DNA of 63,978 nucleotides, counting the filler, from Chrysochromulina tobinii (Eukaryota), in assembly GCA_001275005.1 (NCBI GenBank). It is 11 parts of 11 records of this genome, joined end to end, with 100 filler letters (N's around TTAATTAATTAA, not from the genome) between each part and the next. Parts side by side here need not be neighbours in the genome. Positions count along the whole stretch, not along the records: positions 1 to 5,897 come from JWZX01000183.1; positions 5,998 to 16,047 come from JWZX01000184.1; 9 more parts are not named here. One strand, written 5' to 3'. Made by a program: the position numbers and the translations under genes. Shown here piece by piece: positions 1 to 10,857 of the stretch (the stretch's first letter is position 1; the number at the start of each line of letters is the position of its first letter). The notes under the pieces are model-generated. The model searched no databases and had not been told where the DNA came from. It saw nothing but the letters and a program-made list of their open reading frames with translations.

Positions 1-828
1 GCCTTGGGACTCATTGATTTATGTAGGGCTGATTTCCAAAATTACCCTAATGAGTGCGAGCGGACTACCTTAATACACACAACACGTACAAAGCCCAAAA
101 GAGAAGTTCACGTTCACGGCTCCCAGACGCCCAGAGGGCGTGGCGTGCTTCTCGATGGTATGTTGGTATTGGCCGTAGCTGCGCTCCACACGGAGGAGGT
201 CGTCAATTTACGGATCCCGTGAGCGTCGTTGTGGCGGTCCGGTTTGAATCAAGTTTGAATTCCCGTTCACCAGTATCAAGCAACTCGCCATGCACTATAC
301 CGTCGCCCAATGTGTGCACCGCCAGCCGCCCGCAATTCCGGCCGATAACGGCTAAACATTATAACGTTCGTAACGTATTACGCAAAACCCTCCGCCGTCC
401 TCTAACCCTTATACTACCCTAACCCCTGTGTACCGTCTATGGACGACACATAATATACATGTATATAGTTCTCTACTGTTCTCTCCAGAACGTTCTTCAA
501 CCGCCACATCGGGGTCACCGCGGGCCCCTCCCCGCGGCGATCACCGAATGACGACATCTACATGCAGGATCCCGAGTAGGCATGTGGCTGACACGTCGAC
601 GTGTTGCTGCCAAGTCATGTGTCTACATGTACACCGCGGGCCCTTCCCGCGGCGATCACGCCTGCCGATACCTACACCGCGGCAGACCCTCCCCACGCTC
701 ACAGCCAGCCCGCGTCTCACGCCTGGCATCTCAGAGCTCCCACTCTCCAAAGCAGGTTGGCGGTTTAGTGGCGGCTGGCCACGTAATGCCATCCAGCCCT
801 CGGGGCTATTTCAAGGCATATCTCGGGG

Positions 829-2536
829 CTATTTCTCCTTCAGAGAAACCACGTCCGACGACGAGGGCGTCACGGGAATGATCGGGGGATCGTCCAGGGG
901 AAGACCATACGAGGCCATCCACGGATGCTGCAGCGCCTCCGCCGCAGTAGGGCGTACGTTGGGGTCGAGGGTCAGAAGCGTCTCGGCGAAGAGACTGAAG
1001 GACAGCACGTCGCCGAATATGGAGGGATCGAGATGTTGGGCGAGTAGCTCGTGCAGCGTCGTATTGGGCTCGCTGCGCAGCAGATAGGTGCCCGGGGCGA
1101 TGGCAGGAGGGTCGACCTCGTACACGCAACCCGAGCTGGAGAAGTAGATGGATCCGAGTGGCCCTTCCATCATCCATGGCGGGAAGGGCCCGCGGGTAGC
1201 CTTGTGGGCCGCGAGGACGAGGTCCGTCGACGCGAACTGGAAGGGCAAGAAGCCGAACGCGAGCTCGATGGCCACGCAGCCGAGGGACCACACGTCGATC
1301 TTGGGCGTCCAGCTGAGGCCGAGGATCACCTCGGGCGCGCGGTACCAGCGGCTCTGCAGGGCGGGTGGGTAGCGCCATGCACGTGAGGACCACCGAGCCG
1401 AGGCAATCGGGAGGCACTCAGGGGGTACTCGGGAGGCAATCACCTGCAGGTAGGACATGTGGGCGTCGTACGTGAGGACGACCGAGCCGAAGTCGATGAG
1501 CTTGAAGATGCGACGCTCCGCGTTGACGATGCAGATGTTGGCCGTCTTTACGTCGCAGTGCGTGATACCGAGGGAGGTGAGGAAGGAGAGCGCGTCGAGC
1601 ATCTGGATGGAGAGGGCCCCGATCGAGCCCGCGTGCCAGTACTCAGCGCGCGCGCGCGGGCCAAGTGTCTCGAGGTGCATGTAGTGCGCCAAGACGGACG
1701 CGTTGAGGCGCTCGTACACGAGAAAGAGGTGCTCGCGGTAGTAGAAGCAGTCGAGCAGCCGCACAATGTGCCGGCGGCCGCGTGGATCATGCAGCCGGAT
1801 CAGAGCTTGAATCCGGGCCTCGCCCAGCCCGGCATCCATCGTCTCCTTTGCGTTCTTTAGGCACTTGAGTGCTACGGGCCGGTTCTGGGCGCCGTCGTGC
1901 ACGGCGCGGAAGACGGTGGCGAAGGAGCCCGAGCCGAGAATCCCGTCGACCTTGTAGCTGCGAGGTTATAAGGGCGGCGGCAAGCAGACGGGATGAAGCC
2001 ACGCGGCATGGAGACAGGGCGGGGTGAGGTGGAGCGCGCCTCGCGGGCATCGTTGCGAGGTGGCACGGTGCCTGGGGCAATCAGGGCGAGACGGGAGAGG
2101 GGCGCACTTGAAGCCGACCGTCTCGTTCGGGCTGGGAAGGAAGTCGGGATTGGGCTCCATGCCGTTCAAGTTCGGATTGAAGATGGTCGGGATCGACATC
2201 ATCACGCACTGCTGGAGGAGCTCCGGCGGAGCCGAAGGCACGTGCGATACTACAAGATGTTGAGCAGCCGTCTGCGAGCCTCGGCGTTCGCGCAACGCCG
2301 CGCTCGACGCGGCGTGAGAGACGAGCACGCGACTGGGCGCACACACAACCAGACCGCGCGTGTCAGGGGCTGCTGGGGTGCACGAGGCGCGTGCTGGCGG
2401 GTCCGCACTTGAGGATCGGAATGCGTTGCGGAGGTGCCCTTGTTGGCTGCGGCAGCTGCTCCTCGAGAGGAGTGACAGGCACCGTCCAGATCAGGTCTTC
2501 TGGCAGCGTGAGGTCCGTCAATCCGGCGCGGCGCAT
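829..2536 (-). CDS. DYRK/CMGC-family Ser/Thr(/Tyr) protein kinase, 4 exons (introns approx. 2334-2408, 1958-2107, 1354-1443)
   Basis: GT-AG splicing gives one continuous frame: GILGSGSFATV (Gly loop), VALK, HCDVKTANI, DFGS, SYLQ|SRWYRAPEVILG, KIDVWSLGC. YLQSRWYRAPE is DYRK-like. The start at ATG 2536 is inferred from frame compatibility. Confidence 0.88.
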
Positions 2537-4094
2537 CGTGTCTCTGACTGCAGACGAAAGGCGGCGCAGGGTCCGGAGGGCGGAGACTCTTGGTGCGATG
2601 CATCCTGCGAGATGATTGCAACCATCAAATTCCTCGAATTATGTAGAACAATTCCGCGTTTGGAACTCAAAGTTACGTGAGGGTTACGTTACATGTAGGA
2701 GATATTTATAAATGTTAGATATTTATAAATATGGCTGTCTCTGCAACGTCGCAAGGGCCGCTTCGGCCGGATTCGCTATCGCGCACCAGATTCGCGGTCG
2801 CGGATCCCTTGCCCTCGCGCTAAGTTGGGGTGGGTTTCAACACTCTGGTAATAACCCTCGATGGTGTTTTAAAAATTGCGCCCTCAGACGACCTATGTCC
2901 GCCGTCGTTCCGGCGCTCATCACGGCGCCAGGCTGCGGCATCTCTTGACTTGACGGAATCGTATATCAGCGGTTCAGCGCAGGCTAACTGTTTGGCTCGC
3001 CAAAGGCCATGAAATACGCAAAGTGATTTAGAGGCTCAGGCACCCGAAAGGGTCGCAGGGTTAGTTACTACTAAAGTTTCGCGGGGGTCTCGGATCTCGT
3101 GGCTCGTGGGGTGGGGCGAAGCGCACTCGTGGTTCCTTGAAAAGCGCAAAAGCGCCGTCTCGGTAGATTCCATAATCATAGTGATCATGCAACATTCCAA
3201 AAAAGGAGAGCGGCATCTTGCGGACTACGTGGACTACGTGATGGAACATGATGGAAATGAGAGCTCTTAGAGTAATTTGTTGATTATATATTGAGAAATT
3301 GGAACGAAATAGTCCAGTCGAGAAGTAGGGAGACACATTTAATTTGCAAGTTTGACGCGACTCAGTCTGATGCCATTTTTTTGCATCTTGGCTTCGATCC
3401 TGAACTGAGGATAATGCCCGGCTGGGGAACAGACGCCCCCGTCACGAGCCAAGAGCAGGCCGACCTCGACGACATGGGCGAGAAGGTGTTGCATGAGTCC
3501 ACGTTTCCCGCCGCTCCCCTGGTGAGGCCTCCCGTGTTGCTGTTGGCAGCTCGCACTGCTGCTCGCACGCAGCAGTACGAGCACACGCAGCAGTGCGAGC
3601 ACACGCAGTTCGTACTGCTGCTTCCAAACTGCTGCCTCCCGTCTTCAACCATCTAGCATCTTCATCTTCAAACGAACTGCTGCTCCTCGTAAACAGCGAC
3701 GTCGAAATCGAGCCCGCCCAGATCTGCCACGTGCCACCTACCCAGCCGTCTGCATCCCCTCACCTTCTTTGTCTGACGTCCTCATTCATTGGATGTCTCG
3801 CACGTTCCCTTCGCAGCATGCATGCAAAGGCGTGTGAAGATGAAGAAGACAAATGTATAATACACGCTGTACCTGAAGCTGAACGAGCTCTTGATCTGCA
3901 TGCTCTTCTGAAATCATGGTACAAGAGATGGACGACAGGCGCCGTGCCCATGGCCGTGCCCCACACCCCTGCGGAGTGCGGACGTGTAGTATCGCGGTAG
4001 ACAGCGCTGTGGACCGTGGACCGTGATGCATCCGCAGCGTACCGTGATGCATGTGCGGCGTGTGCGGTCTTCGCTGTCGGGTGTGGAGGGGTTA

Positions 4095-4352
4095 GGGGGG
4101 GGTGTTATCGAGTTATTGGGTGGGTCGTTGTTATCAGGATACGTATCCTGATGTATCTTGCATGTATCCTGAAGGATACACGTATCCTGATGTATCCTAT
4201 CTTCCTATGATGTATTTCAAACGTATCTTACATGCTCTGTCATCAAGATACATGCAAGATACATGCATGATACATGCATGATAGCAATAGGAAGGTATAT
4301 AGGATACGTACATCCTGATAACAAACCCACCCAAATTCGATAACATCCCCCC
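4095..4352. mobile_element. MITE-like non-autonomous element
   Basis: Imperfect ~45-bp terminal inverted repeats (GGGTGTTATCGAGTTATTGGGTGGGTCGTTGTTATCAGGAT ... ATCCTGATAACAAACCCACCCAAATTCGATAACATCCCC). The AT-rich interior is made of TGTATC/GATACA units in mirror arrangement. Confidence 0.75.
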
Positions 4353-4805
4353 GTCACCCGGTCGCCGGTGTGGAGAGTGATGCATGCGCGGCGCGGGGCG
4401 GTCGTCGCTGTCGGGTGTGGGGAGTGCTGAGTGCACACAAGTGGACCGATAAGTGATCCGGGCGGGCGGGCGCGCAGCCGCGCAGGCCGGGGCAGGCCGG
4501 GGGCATCCGTGATGATTGTAAAATGCACTGCAGAAATCGGCGTTGTACGTAAGTTGGCTGAGTAGTGAGTCGCACCACACTCACTGACCACACTTCGTTG
4601 TTTGACGGATGAACAGTAATCCGTTCGTCGGACGTGAGTTAGAAAAGCGGGAACGCTTTGAATACGTTTTCATAAGGAATTAGTACAGCACGGCCCCGCG
4701 AATCGCCCCAGAGCCCTTGAGTCGATTGAGAGACTCTTCGCTCATCGGCATGAGCAGCACGTTAACGAGCATGATGAGCGGATGGATCTCCGTCGGCGCG
4801 CGACG

Positions 4806-5717
4806 CTATTGAGCGACGCGATGCAGGTTCTTCCACAGGCCGCCGTATCGATAGTGGGGATTGACGAGGAGGTCGCCGTCAACGACGCCATTGGCCACCG
4901 CCGGCGTCTTCCAGCACCGCCCGCACACCATCTTCCACTGCTTAGCGCTATCGAGTTGGCAGCGGATGAGCAAATCGACCTCTCGCATACACAAGTCGCA
5001 CGCTTTCTGACCTATGGGGCCGGCGGTACCCTCGCGCTTGGCTCGGCGCTCGGCCTTGCTAGCCTTCTTCGCTGCCTTGCGAGCGGATCTCGAATCCAGT
5101 TCCGCCCCGTGGCCACCAGCCATGCCACTCGGATCCAGTTCCGCCCCGTGGTCACCAGCCATGCCACCCGGATCCAGTTCCGCCCCCTGGCCACCGACGC
5201 ACTCGCTCCCCATCAGTATCGCAGGTGCCGTCATGCCCAGCTCCGCTGTGTCGGCACTCTCGTTCTCGCTCACCATCACCATTCTAGGACTGCGGCGTCC
5301 GCTACGACGTGAAGGCCGGCCATCGCTGCGAGAGTCTTCAGACGACGAGGCCTCACCCAGCTCGCCATCAGAGGAGGACGTCTCCCGAGGATCATCTGCT
5401 CGATTGGACCTCTTGCGCTCGGCGTTGCACGATTTACTGCATGTTGTCACCTCGTCCCAGCTATCCTCCCACTTCTTGCGCCACGTGAATGGACGGTTGC
5501 ACACGACGCACGTCTTGACAGGCAGATTGTGAGGGTTTCGGAAGCCGTCCTGTTTGCCATCGCGCCGGTCCTTCATGGCGAGCGATTGAGTGCGTAGTGC
5601 GCCGGATGAAGCTGTACGCAACAGTGTGGATGTACAAGGCGCTGCTCTCCCAGCCGAGGTCGTGACAGCGCCGACAGCGACGACCGTCCTCGCCAGCCAA
5701 CCAACCCCGTGGAACAT
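4806..5717 (-). CDS. DUF2256-domain protein with a second Cys-rich C-terminal domain
   Basis: NLPVKTCVVCNRPFTWRKKWEDSWDEVTTCSKSC matches the DUF2256 pattern. C-terminal CDLC...MVCGRCW...YRYGGLWKN; 3x GAELD 13-aa repeats. Start is uncertain (5717 or 5798). Confidence 0.8.
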   Translation of the reverse strand: MFHGVGWLARTVVAVGAVTTSAGRAAPCTSTLLRTASSGALRTQSLAMKDRRDGKQDGFRNPHNLPVKTCVVCNRPFTWRKKWEDSWDEVTTCSKSCNAERKRSNRADDPRETSSSDGELGEASSSEDSRSDGRPSRRSGRRSPRMVMVSENESADTAELGMTAPAILMGSECVGGQGAELDPGGMAGDHGAELDPSGMAGGHGAELDSRSARKAAKKASKAERRAKREGTAGPIGQKACDLCMREVDLLIRCQLDSAKQWKMVCGRCWKTPAVANGVVDGDLLVNPHYRYGGLWKNLHRVAQ

Positions 5718-5815
5718 GCGCGGAAGTTTCGAAGCACAACGGAACTTTCGGGCATGAAACCCATGAGACGCCGCTCGTACCTGGTTTCTTTCTAACATGC
5801 CACTTACCTGTAAAA

Positions 5816-5897
5816 AGACACCGGGGGGAGCCGGGACACACACGGGACACACGGGACACGCGGACGCACAAAGGCACACAGACGAATCTCACAACCA
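5816..5897 (+). repeat. Dispersed CACCGGGGGGAGCCGGGACAC repeat family, copy A (truncated by gap)
   Basis: AGACACCGGGGGGAGCCGGGACACACACGGGACAC recurs at ~14650-14704 (inverted), ~36259-36427 and, diverged, ~24382-24450. Confidence 0.75.
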
Positions 5898-5997
5898 NNN
5901 NNNNNNNNNNNNNNNNNNNNNNNNNNNNNNNNNNNNNNNNNTTAATTAATTAANNNNNNNNNNNNNNNNNNNNNNNNNNNNNNNNNNNNNNNNNNNN
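5898..5997. other. Artificial contig spacer (N44-TTAATTAATTAA-N44); same spacer at 16048-16147, 29519-29618, 35557-35656, 39421-39520, 49000-49099, 52438-52537, 56020-56119, 61259-61358, 62570-62669
   Basis: Identical 100-nt linker with stops in all six frames, present ten times. Confidence 0.99.
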
Positions 5998-6003
5998 CTC
6001 GAG

Positions 6004-7983
6004 TCAGAGGTCGTCGTCCTCGTTTTCGTCGACCGCTTCTTCTGCTTCATCGTCGACGAGAGGGTGGCTCGCCTCGTCCTCATCGTCCTCGTCCGACTCT
6101 ACGTCGAGATCGACTTCGGTGATTTGGACTCCGAGCGATTTGAGGTACTTGGCCAGGGTGCCTGTCTCTTTGGTCTGTGCACTGCAGGGGAGGACCCACG
6201 CCGACCTGATCGTGGCGCCGCCGTCGAGGATGAGGGTTTGGAACTTGATGATCTCCTCTCCAAACTTGGCCTTGAGAAACTCCTTGAAATCGAATGCATT
6301 GCCTACGATCATGATGGAGCGTGGGAGAATGCCGTCGTTGCGCGTCTCATCAGGATCCTCACCATCCTTTGCTCGCACCTGCGCGGGCTGGCCATCAGGA
6401 AACGCCAGAGGCCACATGAGCGGCGCGTATCCGGGACTGTCGGTTCGGATGTAGCACGGCTCGTCCTCGTCGAGTCGCGTAAAGAACACGGTGCGCGGCT
6501 CCTTAATGCTGGCCGTCGGGTCGACCGTGAAGGCACGCACTGACGTGGTCGTCCCGGGCCATTTGAGGACGAGGCGCGCCGTGGTCGTGCTTGCCTCGGA
6601 CCAATTGACGAGCTCACGCACGAGCGCATTCCCCTGATTGAGTACTTCATTGATGATTGCGATGGCCGCATCACTCGGGCGCGTGCTGCTCTCAAAATGG
6701 TTACGAGTCTCGAGCCGCTCGTAGGGATCATCAAGAAATGAGCGCGTTGACGATCGTTCATTCAGATTGGGCACGATCGCAAATGGCACGCCCGTGACTT
6801 TCAAGTGCTGATACGAGTCCGGGATGCGGTGCGTGCCTTTTGGCAACGCCATCTGAGCGAGCCGAAACAAATCGTTTGCCGCTCGCGATTGTTTCGAGAG
6901 CCCTGGCGACTCGGAAATGAGAGAAAGCAATGACGCTGGCATGGTGCGCACGAGCTTGAGAAGTCCGTCTTGACAACACTGTTTGTGCGCTGTCGTCGTG
7001 AACCGCTCGCAGCCACAATGCGAGCAGACGTCGCGCTGCTCAAAGAAGTTGATCGGATGCGACTCTTCCATCGTAGTGAAGCACGTCACATTCTGTTGAC
7101 AGAGACCCCGATACTCAATCCATTCATCCTTCGTGGGCTCGCGCGGCGTCGGTACCATGGCAGCATTGCCGCCACCACCAACAACGCCATCGCCACCATC
7201 TGCACCGCCATCGTCGCCACCGGCATCACCATCACCGCCGCCATTGCCATTGCCATCCCCAGGCACAGGCGCAGCCATCCACACGAACGTCTGCTGCTTG
7301 ACCTCTCTGGTGCCGCCGTTGACGCGGTCTCGCACCTCTCGTGTGTCCGTTTGGCGCGTGAAGGTCTCAAAAATAGATAGGCTCGACGTGAGCGGATCAG
7401 CGCGCGCTCGCGACGGCATTCGATCGAGGAGTATGTGCTTGCTGCGTGCTGCAGGCTGCTGCCTCGTCGAATCAATGGCTGCTGTTTCGCACGGCAGAAG
7501 TTCTCGCGCACGCTCATCCGAGCGATTGCGGCTCCTGCGCCGTCTTTTCTGTTTAACGATGCGCTGCCATGGACCGTCGTTGAAAGCATCCCACGATCGA
7601 TCCTCACTCGGTTGCTGTAGTTGCCATGCACGAAAAACTCTATTCTTCTGAAAGAGCCGTCGTGTTGCATCGTTCCAAGATTGGAAATTGACCACACGTC
7701 GATTTCGCAGCTGAGGCCGGCGCCAAGCACGCGCGATGTCCGTCTCGGATGCGCCCTCTGCGACTTCAGCACTCATCTTGTTGTTCGCCACGAGCCACGC
7801 GAGTCGCGTGGAGCGCAGGTCTTCTTTGGAGAGGCCACGCAGGCAGGGCCGCGTGTCGTACACATCTCGGACGGCGGACGAGTCCTCGGACGTAGCCTGG
7901 CACGGTTCGTCGCCTCCCGATCCATCGGGCTCCACCGCGCCATCATGCATGCTCGATGAAGATGATGCAGATGAAGACGACAT
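6004..7983 (-). mobile_element. Helitron RepHel-like N-terminal region (Zn-finger to YxPLxxPLxFP block); no Rep/helicase motifs visible
   Basis: CSHCGCERF...CCQDGLLKL, SRAANDLFRLA, INEVLNQGNALV and SPGYAPLMWPLAFPDG follow the order of conserved blocks that precede the HUH Rep domain in Helitron RepHel proteins. Confidence 0.7.
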
Positions 7984-8389
7984 ACTGCGGAAGCGCCGCG
8001 GCACTCTCGTTATGCGCAGCGCGCGCCCGGACCTCGCCGTGCCCGCATCCTCGACGAGACGGCTCTGGCTTGGAGTTCCAAAGTCGAGGCCATGGCCTCG
8101 GGACATGCGACTGCGACTGGTAGGTAAGCGCATGCAGACGGGAAGAGGCGGCGATGGAGCGTGGTGTGCGACGCACCAACCGCAAACTTCCAGCAAACTT
8201 CACTTCTCGCTTCGAATTGGCATGATGGTTCTTTGCATGAGTTATCCTACTGTACTTGTACTGCAGTACTCTGCACTGGATGTGCTACTGTCATGGGGCG
8301 AGCGTTGGGTAGGCGTCGCTCGGAGTCAAGCGTGTCGCACTTGGTCGCCGCCGTGCGCCGTCGAGCGCTGCATACGAGCCTCAGCTTGA

Positions 8390-8905
8390 CCACCTTCGTG
8401 AGCAGCGCGGGCCAGGGCTCGTCGGCCGCTGCCAAAGAGACACCATGCCGTCCGGGCCTCTCGGCGCTCGGAGCGAGCGCCGAATTATGACGTAGTGTCT
8501 GGAGCTCGCAGTAGGAGACCGTGGTGGGCGGAAAGCCCCAGCGTTGCATGTCGAGCGGCATTGGCGCGCGGGCGTCCGCAGCGGCGGCCGGTTGCGCTCG
8601 TACGCACTCAGCGCCGAGTTTAACACGATCGCGTCGGCGCGCACGTTGGCGCGTCGGCGCGCACGTTGGCTGAGCGTATTGCCTGCACCAGCTACATCGC
8701 GTGTGTCGCTTGGCGCTGCACGCGCATGTCGCGCGGCAGCTAGCGCGCGGGCTTCCACAGCGGCAGTCGGTTGCGCGCGTGCGCATTTAGCGCCGAGTTG
8801 AACATGATCGCGTCGGCGCGTACGTTGGTTGAGCGCATCGCCTGCACCAGCTGCAGCGTGCGTGTCGCTTGGCACCCCTCACAGCACGCGGCGACCGCGG
8901 AGCAC
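8390..8905 (-). pseudogene. Degenerate pentatricopeptide-repeat (PPR) gene fragment, partly tandem-duplicated
   Basis: TCSAVAACCEGCQATRTLQLVQAMRSTNVRADAIMFNSALNAHAR, NVRADAIVLNSALSAYER and DMQRWGFPPTTVSY resemble PPR motifs. Stops and frameshifts are present; 8589-8716 is similar to 8768-8875. Confidence 0.6.
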
Positions 8906-8907
8906 GT

Positions 8908-9178
8908 CGGCCGAGTGTCGTTAACGTCTAGGACGGCGATTGGTACGTCGGATGTAGCCTCTTTCGAATCGTCGCCCTTTGATCTATCGGACTCCACCAC
9001 GCCATGAGCATGCTCGATGAAGATGAAGAGTATGAAGACGAAGTGCTGTACGAGCGCCGCGGCACGGCCCCTTTGCGCGGCGCGCGCCCCGAGCTCGTTG
9101 TTCCCACACCTTGGACGAGTTGGCTCTGGCCTGGAGCCCCAAATTCGAGGTTATGGCCTCGAGCATGCGCTGCGACGG
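8908..9178 (-). repeat. Diverged direct copy of the 5' region of the Helitron-like ORF (7845-8118)
   Basis: Colinear similarity, e.g. GCATGCTCGATGAAGATGA...GCGCCGCGGCAC...GGCTCTGGC...TCGAGG..ATGGCCTCG. Peptides: VESDRSKGDDSKEATSDVPIAVLDVNDTRP vs VEPDGSGGDEPCQATSEDSSAVRDVYDTRP. Confidence 0.85.
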
Positions 9179-9258
9179 GGTTGCGCGCCTCGATGAGGCA
9201 GAGCCGCGTCCCCCGTTTTCCGGCCGCTGTCTTGGGTGGTCGGGGAGTGAACAGCCCC

Positions 9259-10857
9259 ATGCAGGTCGGGCATGTTCCGTCGAGTACGATGCGTCACACA
9301 ACTCTGGAGCTCCAGCCTGAAGATGAGCGCGTTTGGGACCCGCAGACTAAGATGTGGCCGCAGACTAAGGTCTGGGAGGCGCAGCGACCAGCTAATCTCA
9401 CGGGATCAACTCACGGCAGCTCCATCCACACGCGCTCCATCAATGCTGCAGTGCGCTCCATTCAGACGGATCCTAGCAGCTTCCCCGTCGGAAGCGCGGG
9501 ACGGAACCTATTTCAGCAAGAGATCAAGCCCAACTGGGACACTTACGTGCATAGGCGAAACAGTGAGCAGCTCGAAATGCACGTCCGTGCCGCCTCCGCG
9601 AATTCTGCGCGCGCAGCGAACAAAGCAAACGCGCTTCAGCTGGCTCTCGACCAGACCACGGCCAAGCTGCTCGACGCGCAGAGCAGGCTCGAGATGCAGG
9701 ATCGCAGTGGAATGTTAATCGGCGTGCAGGGTCTTGGGCTATCTCACCGCCAAGCGCCTGAGTTCGCTGGTGCTCAGACCCCCGGCGCGCTCGCAATCAA
9801 GCAAGCGATCGCGGCATCGTTTCGCAACGATCTGCACAGACGCGCCGCGTCGAGCGCGCCGCATCCACAATCTGCGCGCCAGCCAAAGGAGCAGTCCGTG
9901 GCGGACGCGAAGCACGAGGCAAGGTTGCGCCAACAGATCGCATGGACGCGCTTTCACGCGAGGATCTCGCCACGCAACGACAAGGATCCGCCTAAGAGCG
10001 ATGCTGTGTTCGCCTGCATCAGTCCTTCGACATATTGGGACGGCCTACGTCGCTCGCCGCCGGTAGATACGGGCTACTCACCCGCCGTTCATCGCGCCCA
10101 GATGAATCAAACCAGCATGCTGTACAGGCCTGCTCCACCTCCCGCGCGGCCGAGTCGCCACGCCACCGCGCCGGGCGACGTGGCAAGTGCGGCCGAGGAT
10201 CTGCTGGGGCAGTCACTGGGGCAGGAGGAGCAAGCGCCGCGCCACAAGCCGACATGGGCGACAGAGAGCTATCTCGCCAAGCTGCGCGGGCGGAATCCGA
10301 TCCACCTCGAGCGAGATGCACGCGAGCGGCGGCTGCGCCAACGGCTCGGGCGGGAGGCGGAGGACGCGGCGGCGGCGCGCCGGCCGGCGCCCGCGCCGCT
10401 GCCCACCGAGGAGCCTTCGATGAGTATGGAAGAGATGATGGCGACAGAGGCATCTCTCTCTGCGGCAGAGGCCAATCTCGATCGCGAGACGGTCAATCTG
10501 CACAACTTCCTCAGGATGAAGATCGAGACGAGATTCAAGCAGTTGCGCAGGGCGTTTCGGCTCATCGATCTGGACAAGTCTGGCTCGTGCGATCGCGCGG
10601 AGGTCCGGCAGATGCTTCAGCACTTGTTCAACTGTCAGGTCGATCATGGCCCCATGGAGCTCCTCCTCGACCTACTGGACTTCGATGGGAGTGGCCACAT
10701 TGAGTTACGCGAATTCGCGCGCTTCTTCACCAACGATGGCGAGCGGATCGATCTGCGCGAGCGGCTGGCGCAGATGCACAAGGCGAGGGCCAGGCAGGCC
10801 CAGGCCCGCGCGCCTCCTCATCGGGCGCCGCTGCGCCGCCCGGCCTCCGCGAGGTGA
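9259..10857 (+). CDS. EF-hand calcium-binding protein with long low-complexity/coiled-coil N-terminus
   Basis: Two EF-hand loops, DLDKSGSCDRAE and DFDGSGHIELRE. The ORF extension to 9004 overlaps the Helitron-derived repeat, so the start is placed at 9259 or 9289. Confidence 0.75.
   Translation: MQVGHVPSSTMRHTTLELQPEDERVWDPQTKMWPQTKVWEAQRPANLTGSTHGSSIHTRSINAAVRSIQTDPSSFPVGSAGRNLFQQEIKPNWDTYVHRRNSEQLEMHVRAASANSARAANKANALQLALDQTTAKLLDAQSRLEMQDRSGMLIGVQGLGLSHRQAPEFAGAQTPGALAIKQAIAASFRNDLHRRAASSAPHPQSARQPKEQSVADAKHEARLRQQIAWTRFHARISPRNDKDPPKSDAVFACISPSTYWDGLRRSPPVDTGYSPAVHRAQMNQTSMLYRPAPPPARPSRHATAPGDVASAAEDLLGQSLGQEEQAPRHKPTWATESYLAKLRGRNPIHLERDARERRLRQRLGREAEDAAAARRPAPAPLPTEEPSMSMEEMMATEASLSAAEANLDRETVNLHNFLRMKIETRFKQLRRAFRLIDLDKSGSCDRAEVRQMLQHLFNCQVDHGPMELLLDLLDFDGSGHIELREFARFFTNDGERIDLRERLAQMHKARARQAQARAPPHRAPLRRPASAR

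Noticed and set aside
395..430. Telomeric repeat (CCCTAACCC)
   Set aside because: Only one or two degenerate units; not an array.
3291..4000. Short ORFs as a transposase remnant
   Set aside because: No recognisable motif; cannot be supported without a search.
5898..5997. Recurrent TTAATTAATTAA palindrome within N runs
   Set aside because: Artificial six-frame-stop linker; not biological, and gene adjacency across it is meaningless.
9004..9258. N-terminal extension of the EF-hand ORF
   Set aside because: Largely antisense to the Helitron-derived repeat; likely a fortuitous open frame.
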